DNA of 63,634 nt, the filler included, from Octopus bimaculoides (Eukaryota): assembly GCF_001194135.2 (NCBI RefSeq). It is 4 parts of 4 records of this genome, joined end to end, with 100 filler letters (N's around TTAATTAATTAA, not from the genome) between each part and the next. Parts side by side here need not be neighbours in the genome. Positions count along the whole stretch, not along the records: positions 1 to 21,955 come from NC_068992.1; positions 22,056 to 53,661 come from NC_068986.1; 2 more parts are not named here. The stretch is one strand, 5' to 3'. Positions within the stretch are counted from its first letter, which is position 1. The number at the start of each line of letters is the position of its first letter. Below are positions 12,040 through 24,288 of this stretch, piece after piece. The notes beneath the pieces were generated by a model that searched no databases, had not been told where the DNA came from, and was given only the letters and a program-made list of their open reading frames with translations. Position numbers and translations under genes: made by a program.

Positions 12040-12680
12040 TTGGTTGTAATGAAAAGTCTGTTGTGATTACAATATCTCAATAATTATTATAATGACACAA
12101 CCATTTGGGGTTGTAATAATACACTTAAGCTATGGCTGTAATGACACAGATCAGTGGTTCTAATGGCAAAACTCTGCTCAGTAGTAGTTAAGGAAACAAG
12201 GCATGGTGTATTTAATGACACGGATAACTATCGGTTGTAAGACAGGTAATGAAATACTGTTTATATTAACGAGATTTTCGAATCCTATGTAATGACACAA
12301 AGCGGTTGTATGATAAAACTTGGTTGTGGTTTTAATTAAAAACAAATAACATGCACACAAACACCCAGCGCTTGTACAACATGCATATAGACTTAGCAAA
12401 CACATTAATTGCGAGCAGTATACATAAAATTACTACGAATGGAAGATGTCACTCTACTTCAGTTGTTTATGTTCCTAAGCTCGGAAATAGCTGAATAGGT
12501 TTACAATACCAACTCACTGGTATTCAATGCAAATGCACATATTCAAATGCACAAATGCACATGGATATGCAACAGCCGACCCATTGGTAGATACTACACC
12601 GACTCACTGGTGTACATGCACATGACTATGTACGAGTCATTCACACACTCACTGGTTGTAATAGCTCAGCTGTTATATAC
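12040..12680. repeat. Dispersed repeat, copy 2, preceded by scattered GGTTGTAATGACAC-like motifs
   Basis: Homology to 3002-3300; repeated ggttgtaat / taatgacac motifs at 12040-12310. Confidence 0.6.
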
Positions 12681-12849
12681 ACGGTATTGGTTTTATTGAA
12701 GCTCCGGTGTTAAAGCAGCTGAGTTAAACAGTTGCCTTGACACAATTGAGATGTAGTTGTTTTGAAATAACCAAGAAGTAGGATCTTTGAGTTTACATCA
12801 GGAAGCTGAGCAACGTCACATTTATGCCACAAACAATAGGCGGACTCTC

Positions 12850-15490
12850 TTGCCTCAAACTCATTCGATGCACCTCGAAATCCCTGCACCAGTGGCACCG
12901 CTCGAGTTGCCTAACCGCCGACGGAGAGATATCCTTCTCAGCACTAGAGGACACAGAGGCGCGATAAGATGACTTGACCTGGTCGTGCTACCGTTGATTT
13001 TCCGCCTCAGGCAGTGTTGGAGGATCATGTTCAGGATTCCCAAGGCTGTCCGTGCTAGCGTCGTCTATAAACCGGGAACTTGCTGCCTAAAAATGATTCA
13101 GTTTTCCGACGTCTGTTCTTGGATTCCTGGGACAGGCGGCGTTCGGTTCCTTCCATGGCTTCGTGGCTTAGATGCAACGTCACTTCATTCAGCCACCTCT
13201 CCCAAACTATCTGCTCACTTCTCGCCGGCCGCACATCGGTACCGACACCTCGCATGCAGTCTCCTTTTGAATGGGTGGAAAGTTTCTGAGTCTAAGTCAA
13301 TCACAAACTGAGGACAACGTTCTTACCGCGGTGCACGTGTTGGCTTCAAGCCACACAGGCTTCGAACCCACTCTGGATCTGGCTGCTTTCCTCTCAAGAA
13401 TCCGGACCCTCCGGGAGATATCAGGAATTTCCAAATCCCTGACACTGATACGGCTTTGACTGCGTCTAGTGATGATGAGGATGTTGCCCTAAGATCCTTC
13501 CCAGCGAGTAGCAATGGTGGAGTAGGTGCGACCCGACCACCTCAGACATTTAATCTCACCACACACCACCGAGGCGGGAGCACGCTTGCTCCGATCTGTT
13601 CTAACAGATAGTGCGGACCTCCACCCCATGTCCGAGATCTTCTCTTCTCAGTTAGCCTAATTACAATGAAGAAAGATGAAGGCATCCGTCCGATAGTGGT
13701 GACCAGCGCATTTCGACGAGTTGCGGCCAGGATAGCATGTAGATCAGACAGATGACCTGGGCATTAACCCATATCCAACTGAGGTATGAGTCAAGAATTG
13801 ATGTGTGACTGCTGCTCATGCGACCAGACACTACACACAGCATACACCTCCTTCTACACCTCCTTCTACACCTTGCCTCTTACTGACGCTGAATATAATA
13901 AACGCCGTCAACAGTGTTATGCAGGATCACATATTGGAAACATGTCTAAGACGTGTTCTCTCGTTACGTCCACTAGCATACCTCTCCTGTGGAACAGCCA
14001 GCACAGTCATGGATGCTGACAACAGGATCGCTTCTTCCGCAAGTGTTCAGTTGAATGACCTTCTTGGTTCACTCCTTTTGCGTTGGCTGTCAATCAGTCT
14101 GCTCACGCTTCATCAGTCCGTTCATCCTTCCATGTCTGGTACCTGAATGACGCGACCCGGGGTGGCTGGGCTAAGTCTGCAGTTGGGGACTTTCAGCCGG
14201 TCGTCCCAGCCCTAATGCTTCTTGTGCTTGAGATCAACCCATCCATGTCAAAGGTGATTTATATGAGCTATAGTGAAGCTGAATCCCAAGATGCCGTACT
14301 CAGCATCTGGCTCGTCTTGGCGGGGAAACGGCTGACACCACGGGATGCCGTCTGCATTCTTGGCTTCACAATCCTCTTGAAAGCCATAAAAGAATGCCCG
14401 AAGACCCAGCTTGCGAACTTGTCTAAGATAACTGAGAGATTGCCACTCATTGATGTGTATCCGACGCTCTTCCTCTTGAAGAATGCCTTTGCCCTGCCTA
14501 TGCTCCTTTTCTCTCTAAGCAGTGCACCATGTCACCCTCTCACAGATCGTCTCAGCGATATCGATCACCCCTTCCGGCGCTACGTCGAACTGATCTGCCA
14601 TATTAGTTTTGACAGGTTAAACCACCAGTTAAATTCAGTGGCCTTGACTTCCGTTCCGCATTGAACCTGGATCAGCACGCCTATTTTTCCTCTCTGATTG
14701 CACCCTCATCGTTGAGGTATTCCACAGGATGGTTGAACCCGGTGTGACCCAGGAACTGGAGTCATCCCTAGTTGACTGGCCCGTTGAGGGCCTTGTAATC
14801 CCTCAGAATACAGATGCCCAACGTAAGTGGAACGACATCAAATGCAAATCAGCCTTCAGGCGGATTGAGACATCCTTAGAATAGCACTACCTCACCTGCC
14901 TCTATTCCACTTTGCGGCCAAACAGCGGCGCATGGTTCAATTCGGTGCCCTCTTGATGATGAGTGCACTCGTATCGGAGTGGCCAAGCGCCTCGGTCTTT
15001 GTGTGTGTAAGCCGCACAAATGGCGTTGTGGAACGACGGTCTATGAATTCCGCTTGCATCCATTATTCTGCAGCCATAGCGCGGGCCGGTTCCCTCGACA
15101 CGCCGCTCTAAATGACATAATTAGAAGACTCCTCGATGCGACTGGTTTCCCGTCACAACTGGAGCGAATAGGTCTTTACTGCAGGGGTGGTAAGCGCCTC
15201 GACGGAATGACCTTTTACGTATAGGAGAGAGGAAGATCCCTAAACTGGGACGTGACGTACTGCGGCACGTTTTCCGGCTCCAACCTTGCAGCATCGGTCG
15301 CAAAACAGGGTATCGCCGCCTTTAACGCAGAGGAGAGGAAGGTAAACAAATACAGAAGCCTGACCAGCCGCTATCAGTTTGTGCCGGTCGCCGTCAAAAC
15401 CTAACGCGTTCTCGGACCTCGCACTGTTGATTTCCTCCGCAAAATCGTGATAACTACGGCGAGGTGAGGTGGCTATTGGAGTTAATGTCA
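12850..15490 (+). mobile_element. Degenerate CRE-clade-like non-LTR retrotransposon (RT + restriction-like endonuclease)
   Basis: GC-rich. Ordered motifs ALRSFPASSNGG, GIRPIVV..AFRRVAAR, LNIINAVNSV (cf. LDF.NAFNSV), SVQLNDLLGSLL (cf. GVQQGDPLGPLLF), WYLNDAT (YLDD), then C-x-CG..HPL.C..GRFPRH..LNDII, GKRLDG (RPDG), WDVT and E.RK..KY. Multiple stops and frameshifts. Confidence 0.8.
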
Positions 15491-15641
15491 TTTATAGTTG
15501 GCTTTTCAACTCAGTCGAACTTAGTTACACGTGCTTCAACAAGAACAAAAATAATGTGACATAGCTTCCTGTTAACAAACTCTCCCCTCTGGCTCAATTT
15601 TGGACGTTGTATGGTTACGTATAGAAATATAAACAAACTGA

Positions 15642-15735
<94 letters not shown>

Positions 15736-15779
15736 CAAATATACTCATTTGTTTTGAAGTTTATGTTCCGTTGTATTAA

Positions 15780-16377
15780 ATATACTCATCCATCTGCTAT
15801 GGAGAATGAATCAGACAGAAGGCGACGGTTAGCCAGAGAGAGACAAAGGCGAAGAACAACCATTCTCACTCAGAAAGAATTGGACATAACAAGATTAAAC
15901 AATACATTAAGATTATTAAAGAAGTGAGAAATGAGCCGAGAGAGACGAGAGAGATGAGCGCAAAAAATAATTAGTGGACGTAAGAAAGGAGAGGAAGCCT
16001 TTATCTCGCGTATCAACCTCCATCCCAGTGAGACAACCCTACCCTTTAGTATGAGTAGACGACAGCTTCCTGTTATATCAGCATTTGCAATGACTCTAAA
16101 CAAATCATAAGGGCAGAGCTTCAATAATATTGGTATCATCCTACCATCACCAATATTCACCCATGGGCAACTTTATGTTGCATTGAGTAGAAGTTGTAAT
16201 AATATTAAAATGTTGGTAAAGGGCCATCCAAAACAAGGCGAATTCATTGCTGTTAGGGTTTTCACTAGGAACATGGTGCTGAAGCAATTACTGAGATAAA
16301 GGTTGTAATGTTCTTATTTTAATTTTATTTTCAGTATCATTTCATGCCGTCATTTCTGACGGCACGGGTTACACTAG
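15780..16377 (+). mobile_element. Helitron 3' fragment: PIF1-helicase C-terminus plus terminal hairpin and CTAG
   Basis: About 15988-16298 reads GEEAFISRINLHPSETTLPFSMSRRQLPVISAFAMTLNKS*GQSF...FTHGQLYVALSR. Hairpin TGCCGTCA-tttc-TGACGGCA at 16345-16364, CTAG at 16374-16377, followed by T. Confidence 0.9.
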
Positions 16378-16728
16378 TGTCTATATAAAACAAGATAGAC
16401 ATGACTCTAAGAACGATTACACATTACGAACACCATACCTATGTAATTCTAATGTCTTTCTGGGTTTTTTTCCTTTCCTTAATTTTTGCTTCTGACGAAT
16501 ACTTTTTGATAACCTAGATTCTTAAAATGAATTTGTCTTTCAGTATGAAACAATTGTATAACTTCATGAATAAAAACAATTTCAATCCATNNNNNNNNNN
16601 NNNNNNNNNNNNNNNNNNNNNNNNNNNNNNNNNNNNNNNNNNNNNNNNNNNNNNNNNNNNNNNNNNNNNNNNNNNNNNNNNNNNNNNNNNNNNNNNNNNN
16701 NNNNNNNNNNNNNNNNNNNNNNNNNNNN

Positions 16729-17160
16729 CCTAAAACCCTAACCCTAAAACCCTAACCCTAAAACCCTAACCCTAACTCTAACACCCGAACCCTAACACTA
16801 AAACCCTAAAGCTAAAACCAATACAAACGCACGAACGATGTCATAAATAACAGTACCACCGATATTTGTTGTTGACAAACAACGGCACTAATTTTATTCA
16901 AGGAAAAAGATCCCATTACACCGCTAGAACGTTTTGTCTACATTCCACAGCAGTAATTGTTTTCACCTCAATAGACGTCAGTGATTGGTTGAAATTACCG
17001 AAATACGACAACTTTTAACATGAAATAACTTCGAATATAAAATTTTTTCTCTGTTTTATAAGACAAAATATACAAGTATACGAAGTTTTAAAGTGTTTCG
17101 GTAGAAAACACACTAAATAAAACATTTTTCGTGGTAAGACGATTTAGCGTCTTCTTCTAG
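16729..17160. repeat. Dispersed element with degenerate (CCCTAA)n telomere-like repeats; core shared in inverted orientation with 50200-50755
   Basis: CCCTAA/CCCTAAAA units at 16729-16815; core gtcataaataacag...gttgttgacaaacaac...gattggttgaaattaccgaaatacga. Confidence 0.75.
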
Positions 17161-17370
17161 CATATTAGGAATCCATCTTGGAGGTTATTCCTCTTATATA
17201 TGTATGTAATATAATTTCTTAAACTTCGGATTTTTTAAATATGCTAGGCAACTGGTTTTAATTCGCTGCGGAAATTTATTAACTGCAGAGCTCTTTCCGG
17301 CTTCAGCGCGCCAAAATGAAGACATTTGAAATAAAGTTATCTGTTATATATCTTAATAAAAGTATAAATT

Positions 17371-18740
17371 GATGGTCAAAGAGAGGTAAATCTAGTAAAT
17401 AATATTTTTGATTTATATAATTCACTCAATTGTGAATAATCATATCAAATAATTATATTTATTTTTAAGTTTAGAATAGTTATGAGATTTGTTTTAAGGT
17501 TATGTCAACAAGATAATTTGGAAAATATAAATTATAAATAATAAAATAAAATAAAATAGGTTACATTCAGATTGCAGCCATCAAAGTTTTTAAAAAATAC
17601 ATTACAGTAGCTTAGTAGTGGGATTCAAATACAATATTAAAGAAAGAAGGGATTTAATCGATAAGGTAAAAAAAGTAAACAATTATTACGATGCAATCGG
17701 TACTAACTTACATAGAATCATAAATGATAAATCAAGTAACTAATATCAAAACTCATGAGTGTAAATATAGAAACAGACTCTATGAGAATAAATGTAATCC
17801 ATGTTAAATTAATATCATTGTATGGATTTAACTAATCCCTCCAAGCAGGTTACGAAGTAAAATAACCTAGGATATTAAGCTAGGAAATTAAGTAGCTACA
17901 TGCATACTATGATATTACATCAAATAAATTATTACGATGCAATCGGTACTAACTTACATAGAATTATAAATGATAAATCAAGTAACTAGGATCAAAATTC
18001 ATGAGTGTACATATAGAAAACGTTTCTATGAAATTAAACGTAATCCATGTTAAATTAATATCATTGTATGATTTAACTAATCACCCCAGGTAGGTTACTA
18101 AGTAAAATAACCTAGAATATGAAGCTATGATGTTAAGTAGCTACATGTATACGAGGCTATTATATCAAATAATGCACTAGATGTTTGAGAAAAAGGCAAC
18201 TAACCTAAAACGAAGGAAGAAAACTTACCTATAATAGGTCAAAACAGAAATAAAATTAACATAAAAATTCATGGTCAAAGTGAGGTAAATCTAGCAAAAT
18301 AATATATATTTTTACAATCTAAATAATTCACTCCAATGTGATTAACCATATCAAATGATTATATTAATTTTTAAGTTTAAATATATTTGAGGTAATTTAA
18401 GGATATGTAATCAAGATAATGAAGGAATTATAAATTATAAATTACAAAATAAAATAAATTAGGTTACGTTCAAATTGCAACAGTCAAAAATTTAAATATA
18501 CATTACATTAACTTAGTAGTGAAATTAAATTACAATATTAAGGGATTTAATCGATAAGGCAAACAGTAAACAATTATTTCAATATCAACTATACAAAAAT
18601 TACATAGAATTATAAGAGATACATCAAGTAAATAAGAACCAAACTTACCATTGTAAATATAGGAAAGGGTTATATGAAATTAAAGCTAAACCAAATTAAA
18701 ATAATATCCTAGTATGTAGTTAACTAACCTCTCCAAAGTA
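17371..18740 (-). repeat. Tandemly duplicated AT-rich 3' region of the adjacent Penelope-like element
   Basis: Block A+B at 17371-17925, a second B unit (about 245 bp) at 17926-18172, and diverged A+partial B at 18271-18740 abutting the ORF stop. Confidence 0.8.
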
Positions 18741-18744
18741 GATT

Positions 18745-21093
18745 TTAAAAAAAATATACAAACGCATGCCTCATCATATGTTTACATCTGTAAGCTCTAT
18801 ATGTAATCTTGTTAACTAGGTCACCATTAGAGAAAAGTATGAAATACAATTCTAAATTATAGAGGGAACAAAAATCTTTGCCCTTGTCGTATGGAAACGG
18901 TTTTCCTATAATTGACCATTTTAAAGAATACCCCTTATTTTGGTCTTTAAGTTGCCAAATTAATCTGCTAAGCCCAGTGCTATTCTGCTTCTTTCTATCT
19001 CTAAATGTTGAATAATGATTCGATATTCTTTTCGAAATTTCAAGCGAAGATGATCCTATATAAACCCTAACGTCATTGTCAGTTAATACCTTACACTGGT
19101 ATACAGTATTTTTGGTCTTAGCATTTACACTTAGGAATTTAATTCTATTAGGATTTAATTCTGATATTACTATTTTATTGTTATTATTAATATTTGTATT
19201 ATTGTTTTTGTTGACATTTAAATTGTCTATAACAGTGTCACCTAGAAAATTAAGATTATTACCTATATTTATATTATTTGACTCTTCAATAAAGTTAGAC
19301 CTTAATAGTTTAAAGTTGTGGGAGGCGATAATTTGTGTTAAATTCTTGGTATTTGAAAATCCAAATCTGACCTTATGTGCGTTTATGATTTTGTAGTAAT
19401 GCGAATTTTTGGGAAAATTTCTACTAACCACATTCCTGAACAGGGTAACTAAGTTAGACTTAATTTGTTTACCAAATGGAATAACGAACCATATATTATC
19501 CTCATTTTTAGTATTATAAATATTACTACTATTCCTAAAGAATTTTACTCTACTCCTGTTAGAATTGGGTTCATGTCTAGGGTTTTGTGGTATACCTCTA
19601 TTCTTTCTTACGATGTTAATATCATTATTATTATTATTAATATTGTTAATATTTTCACCTGCCTTAGGGAAATCAGTGTCTGGTTTAATATAGTATACCT
19701 TATCTTTATAACCCGCTCTAGATAAGGCAGAATTATTGAACTTTGCCTCATTTTCGAAAACATAGGCGTTTGCCGATAGGTTGGATAATCTTAGTGATAT
19801 ATTCTTTACCAAATTATTCGTTATTGATCTAGGGTGATTATTAAACTTACTGATGTACTTCAGGTTACTAGAAGGCTTATGGTATGGTCTATATGTTTTA
19901 TTATGAAGGTCCAATGTTACGTCTAAAAACTTAGCTTATGATATTTTATCTTCAAAAATTATAAGCATTCTGCGAAAAAACCTGGCTAGTCTATTCTTAA
20001 CCTTTTGTTGACTAGAGCTATTCCTAAGATATAGACCCCCCACCTAATATTTGGGAATTGATCTTCCATTTCATTAAGGATGAAGGAACAGACAATATCA
20101 GCTATCTGTGCAGAATCAGAGCTCCCCATAGGGACATCAAATGCGTCCGGAGTATCTTTGCGAATCCAAATTTTATTATTGAACTTAATAAATGATTTTC
20201 TAGCTGTTAATATCACATTGATCTCATCCCTTGTAAGTCCCACCTTATAATGTGCAAACCACAATGCTTTGTTAAGTATGACACGATTAATAGATGAGTA
20301 AAAATTTGCAATATCAAATTGAATAAATTTCACATTTTCCTTACCCTTAATCAATTCGAACCTTTCTACGACTTGTGTAGAATTAGACCATAAATGAAGT
20401 TTTAATTTCTTTACTATTTTAGGGATATATTTATCTAAAATATTCTTACTAAGTGTCTCTATATCCGACTTAGTCGAGCAAATGAGTCTTAAGGAAGGAT
20501 CAGCCCAAAAATTACTCTTGTGATCTTTAAGGATAAATCGTGGTTCCCTAGGTACTAGAGTTTCAGTTCTGTTCAATAGGTTAAAGCTATTTATTAACTT
20601 TTTAGCTTCAAAATTTGCTTTTCTGAGCATATTCTTATTTGTTATCTTGTAGTTTTTCTCTATTTCTTTTTAAGAAGGTCAAAATAATGTTGTTTCTGTA
20701 GTTTATATATGTTTCCTGTTTTGTCAGATTTAACTAAAATTCCGTTCGTTCTGTTAATTTCCCTGGTAATCCTGCTTAGGTACTCCAAATGTTGGTTCCT
20801 TCTAAGTGACTTATTTAATTTAATTTAATGTTCTTAACAACTGTCCAAAGTTCATCCTCAAATTTATCCAGCCTCGGATTATATGGAGGGTTTTTCCTAG
20901 ATTTAAAAAGCTTCTTAAATTGTGAATTATCATCTGTCATGTCTACTGTCTGATCATTCTTATCAAAGGAGAATGCTTTCCACCTTGTTCTGTTGATAAA
21001 CGAATGTGTCTTTAGAATTAATTGTTTGATATAGATGTTATTTGGTGGAATCAGTATATCTTTCAAGGATGCCTCTATTTTAATTAGTTCCAT
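18745..21093 (-). mobile_element. Naiad-like Penelope-like retroelement, RT + C-terminal GIY-YIG endonuclease (frameshifted)
   Basis: SLKDILIPP..Y.KQLI.KT.SFI.R.RWKA, LVKSDKTGNIY, FIQFDIANFYSSI, FDVPMGSSDSAQIAD, FLDVTLDL..Y.PY.KP, IWFVIPF, VYQCKV..VYIGSS..RISNH.STF..STGLSRLIW.LK..LKWSI..C...E..LVNK..CKH. This motif pattern is typical of Naiad-type PLEs. Confidence 0.85.
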
Positions 21094-21579
21094 ATGGTAA
21101 CAGTTAAATAGCAGTCTCTTCTGTAATGCACACAAAACTGTATCATAAACTACTTTTCGAGTGAGAATTTTGCTACGCTGATAACAGTTACGATATTTTT
21201 ACCAAATATTTGGTAGAGATCTAAATATACAAGTATACACAGTTTTACTTTTTACGGAAGTGACTGCTCCAGCGTGGCCGCAGTCAAATGAGCTGAACAA
21301 ATAAAAGAATAAAAGAAGACTATTTCACTCGTTTTCCCCTCATTTGTTTACGTATTTCATACTATTTGCACCGTTGCTGACGCCCTGTACAAATATATGC
21401 ATGTATATATACATATATGTGTGTGCGTGTGCGTGTGTGTGTATAATTTATTTATAATTTATTAAATATATATATATATACATATTTGCATATATATACA
21501 CATATATATATACATATATAAGCATATATATATTTATATATACATAAACATATATACATATACATGTATATATATGCTT

Positions 21580-21955
21580 CCTTGCAAATGGTAAACTTCC
21601 CAAAAAGCTGAAGGAAGGCACCATATGTCCTATCCATAAAGGTGGAAGCAGAGCAGAGGCTGGGAACTACAGGCCCATCTCTCTGACTTCACATATTAGC
21701 AAAGTCATGGAACGAATTGTCAGAAGGAGATTGATTGCGTTCCTAGAAGAAAATGACTTGCTGAATGAGACCCAGCATGGTTTCCGTCCAGATAGAAGCT
21801 GCCTCACGCAGCTCTTGCAGCATTATGACTGGGTCCCGAAGCAGCTACTTGACCATTCAAATGTTGATGTGATATATCTCGACTTTGCAAAAGCCTTTGA
21901 CAAAGTTGATCATGGCTTGATATGTCACAAGCTGCGAAACCTTGGCATAGCTGGT
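21580..21955 (+). mobile_element. CR1-group LINE reverse-transcriptase fragment
   Basis: PIHKGGSRAEAGNYRPISLTS..KVMERIV..QHGFR..SCLTQLL..YLDFAKAFDKVDH. Confidence 0.9.
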
Positions 21956-22055
21956 NNNNNNNNNNNNNNNNNNNNNNNNNNNNNNNNNNNNNNNNNNNNT
22001 TAATTAATTAANNNNNNNNNNNNNNNNNNNNNNNNNNNNNNNNNNNNNNNNNNNN

Positions 22056-23755
22056 CCTGGTCGAAAGCCATGCAGGGTATCACTCAGCAAGTTATTTTCT
22101 TCTAAGAATGTGATTAGTTTTCCTCTGACTATCCTTTCCATGACTTTGCTGATGTATGAAGTCAGAGAGATAGGCCTATAGTTTTTGGCATCTGCTCTGC
22201 TTCCCCCTTTATGGATTGGGCATATTATTCCCTCCTTCAGCTTGCTTGGCAGTCTACCGTTTGCGAGAAAGCTCTGGAAGAGAATCTGGAGGGGTTTTGC
22301 CAGGGCATGCTTACACGATTTGAGGAGGATTGCAGGGAAACCATCAGGACCAGCAGTTAAGTTTGTGTCCACTTCATGTATAGCTAGTAGTACATCTTCG
22401 CTAATATCGATGCATTCCAGCGTAACTGCCTCGCTGGTTATAGGGGAGGTGGCAAAGAAGTCCACTGGTTCATTCACTTGTCTGTGTCCCAACGGGGTGG
22501 CGAAGACACTTTTGAGCTGGTCATTCAGTACCTCACTGATCCTAGTTGGACTGTCTGTGAGGGAGCCACCCTTTTCGAAGAGGGGTCCTATCTTGCAGCG
22601 TACTGAGGCTGTTTCTTTTGCGTTATGAAAGGAGGCCTTTGGGTTTGGCGTAATGTTTTTTTATAACCCAGGCTTCTTTGTCTGCTCTCTCCCTCACATA
22701 GGATTGTTGCAGTCTTTTTTCAATTTCTATCAGTGTCGTTTTTAGGCAGGACCTTTTGCTACATTTGGGATGCTGGTTGAGTCGATTTGCAACTTTCGTC
22801 CGTCGTCTCACGAGGATCTTCCTCTACTTTGGAATCTTGTTCCTATTTGTTTTGGCCTTGTTCTCTGGGTCATATTTCTGGCATATGGCTTGCACAATAG
22901 ACATGAAACATTCTAGTTTCATGTCAGTGTCTGGTGTGGAGAGACATTTTGGCCAATCCTCTCTGAGGATCTCTTTCTGGATCAATTTCCAGTCTGCTTT
23001 GTGGAAGTTTAGATTGGAGAGATTTCGGGTGCTTACTTTAGGCTGTATGTCTCTGGTTACTTTCAGCCCAAACATAGACAGCTCTATTATGTTGTGATCT
23101 GAAACTAATGTCGGCGTCACTTTGACATCGTGAATGATGTCCATATTGTTCGTGAAGCAGAGATCCAGAATGTTATTATGTCTAGTTGGTCTGAGAATAG
23201 CTTGCTATATGAATAGGGCATTGGTGAGGTTGAGCAGAAATTCCACCTATGCTAGCTTGCGATCAGTCATTCCTGAGAGTATGAGATCTTCGGGCCATTT
23301 GACGTTGGGGAAGTTGAAATCACCCATAAGAAATATGGTCACATGTTGTTCCAGCATTTCTTTAATTCTTGTGAGGCAATCTTCAAATTTGCCTATGTCG
23401 TTTGGAGCATCTGGTGGGCAATATGTATTGCATATGACTATATTATGTTGTCTTAAGTATACAATTAGAGTGTCACATACCGAATTTGAGTATGACAGTA
23501 AGACCTGGGGTGTGAGGTCGTCACGGATGTATACAGCAACTCCAACATGGCTCCTTTTCCTTCTGTCTGTTCACGGTATGACATATTTTGGTACGTGTAC
23601 TTCTGCATCCTCTATATCAGGGCTGAGGTTAGTTTACACGAGTGCTATGCAAAGGGCTTCATTGCCTGCAGCAAGGTCTCTCAGGAAAGAAATTTTGCTT
23701 TTATTATAATGCAACAGGCCTCCAATATTTAGTAAAAATATTGGCGTGATGACTG
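22056..23755 (-). mobile_element. CR1-group LINE ORF2 5' part (APE endonuclease + RT start), degenerate
   Basis: NIGGL..., GVAVYI, GDFNFP, NILDLCFTN, VSDHN, NFHKADW, AGPDGFP, YRPISLTS, HGFRP. Stops and frameshifts. Confidence 0.9.
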
Positions 23756-24142
23756 TGCAGGCATTAGGGGAGGCCAACCCATGTCTGTTGACTGTGGTGG
23801 TCTTGTGCAGTGGTGGGCATTATATATTACCTGTATATATATTAAATATTGTAGATATATATATATATATATATTATATATTATATATATATATTAAATA
23901 TTATAAATATATATATATTATATATATATATATATTATATATTATATATATATATTAAATATTATAAATATATATATATTTTATATATATATTAAATATT
24001 ATAAATATATATATATTTTATATATTTATTAAATATTATGAATATATATATATTTATTTTAATTTTATTTAAAGATAAAATATAATCAAGAAAAATTTTA
24101 TTTATATATTACTTCTATATATTATATACATAGTATATATAT

Positions 24143-24202
24143 ATCATCATCATCATCATCATCATCATCATCGTTTAACGTCCGCTTTCCATGCTAGCAT
24201 GG
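24143..24202 (-). mobile_element. SINE/RTE-type 3' tail fragment with (GAT)n
   Basis: (CAT)n-cgtttaacgtccgctttccatgctagcatgggttggacg; the same tail occurs at 24910 and 28270-28315. Confidence 0.8.
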
Positions 24203-24257
24203 GTTGGACGATATTTATTTATATATATATATATATTACATATATATATACATGTGT

Positions 24258-24288
<31 letters not shown>

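Noticed and set aside
16729-16815. True telomere or chromosome-fusion relic
   Set aside because: The repeats are short, degenerate and attached to a dispersed repeat core present twice in the window.
18745-21093. Possible selenocysteine recoding, as reported for some Naiad elements
   Set aside because: No in-frame TGA at Cys-equivalent positions in the long ORF segments, and no SECIS identified.
22000-22011. TTAATTAATTAA islands inside N runs (also 53706-53717 and 61173-61184)
   Set aside because: The identical 12-mer is embedded in gaps and has stops in all frames; an assembly or scaffolding spacer, not biology.
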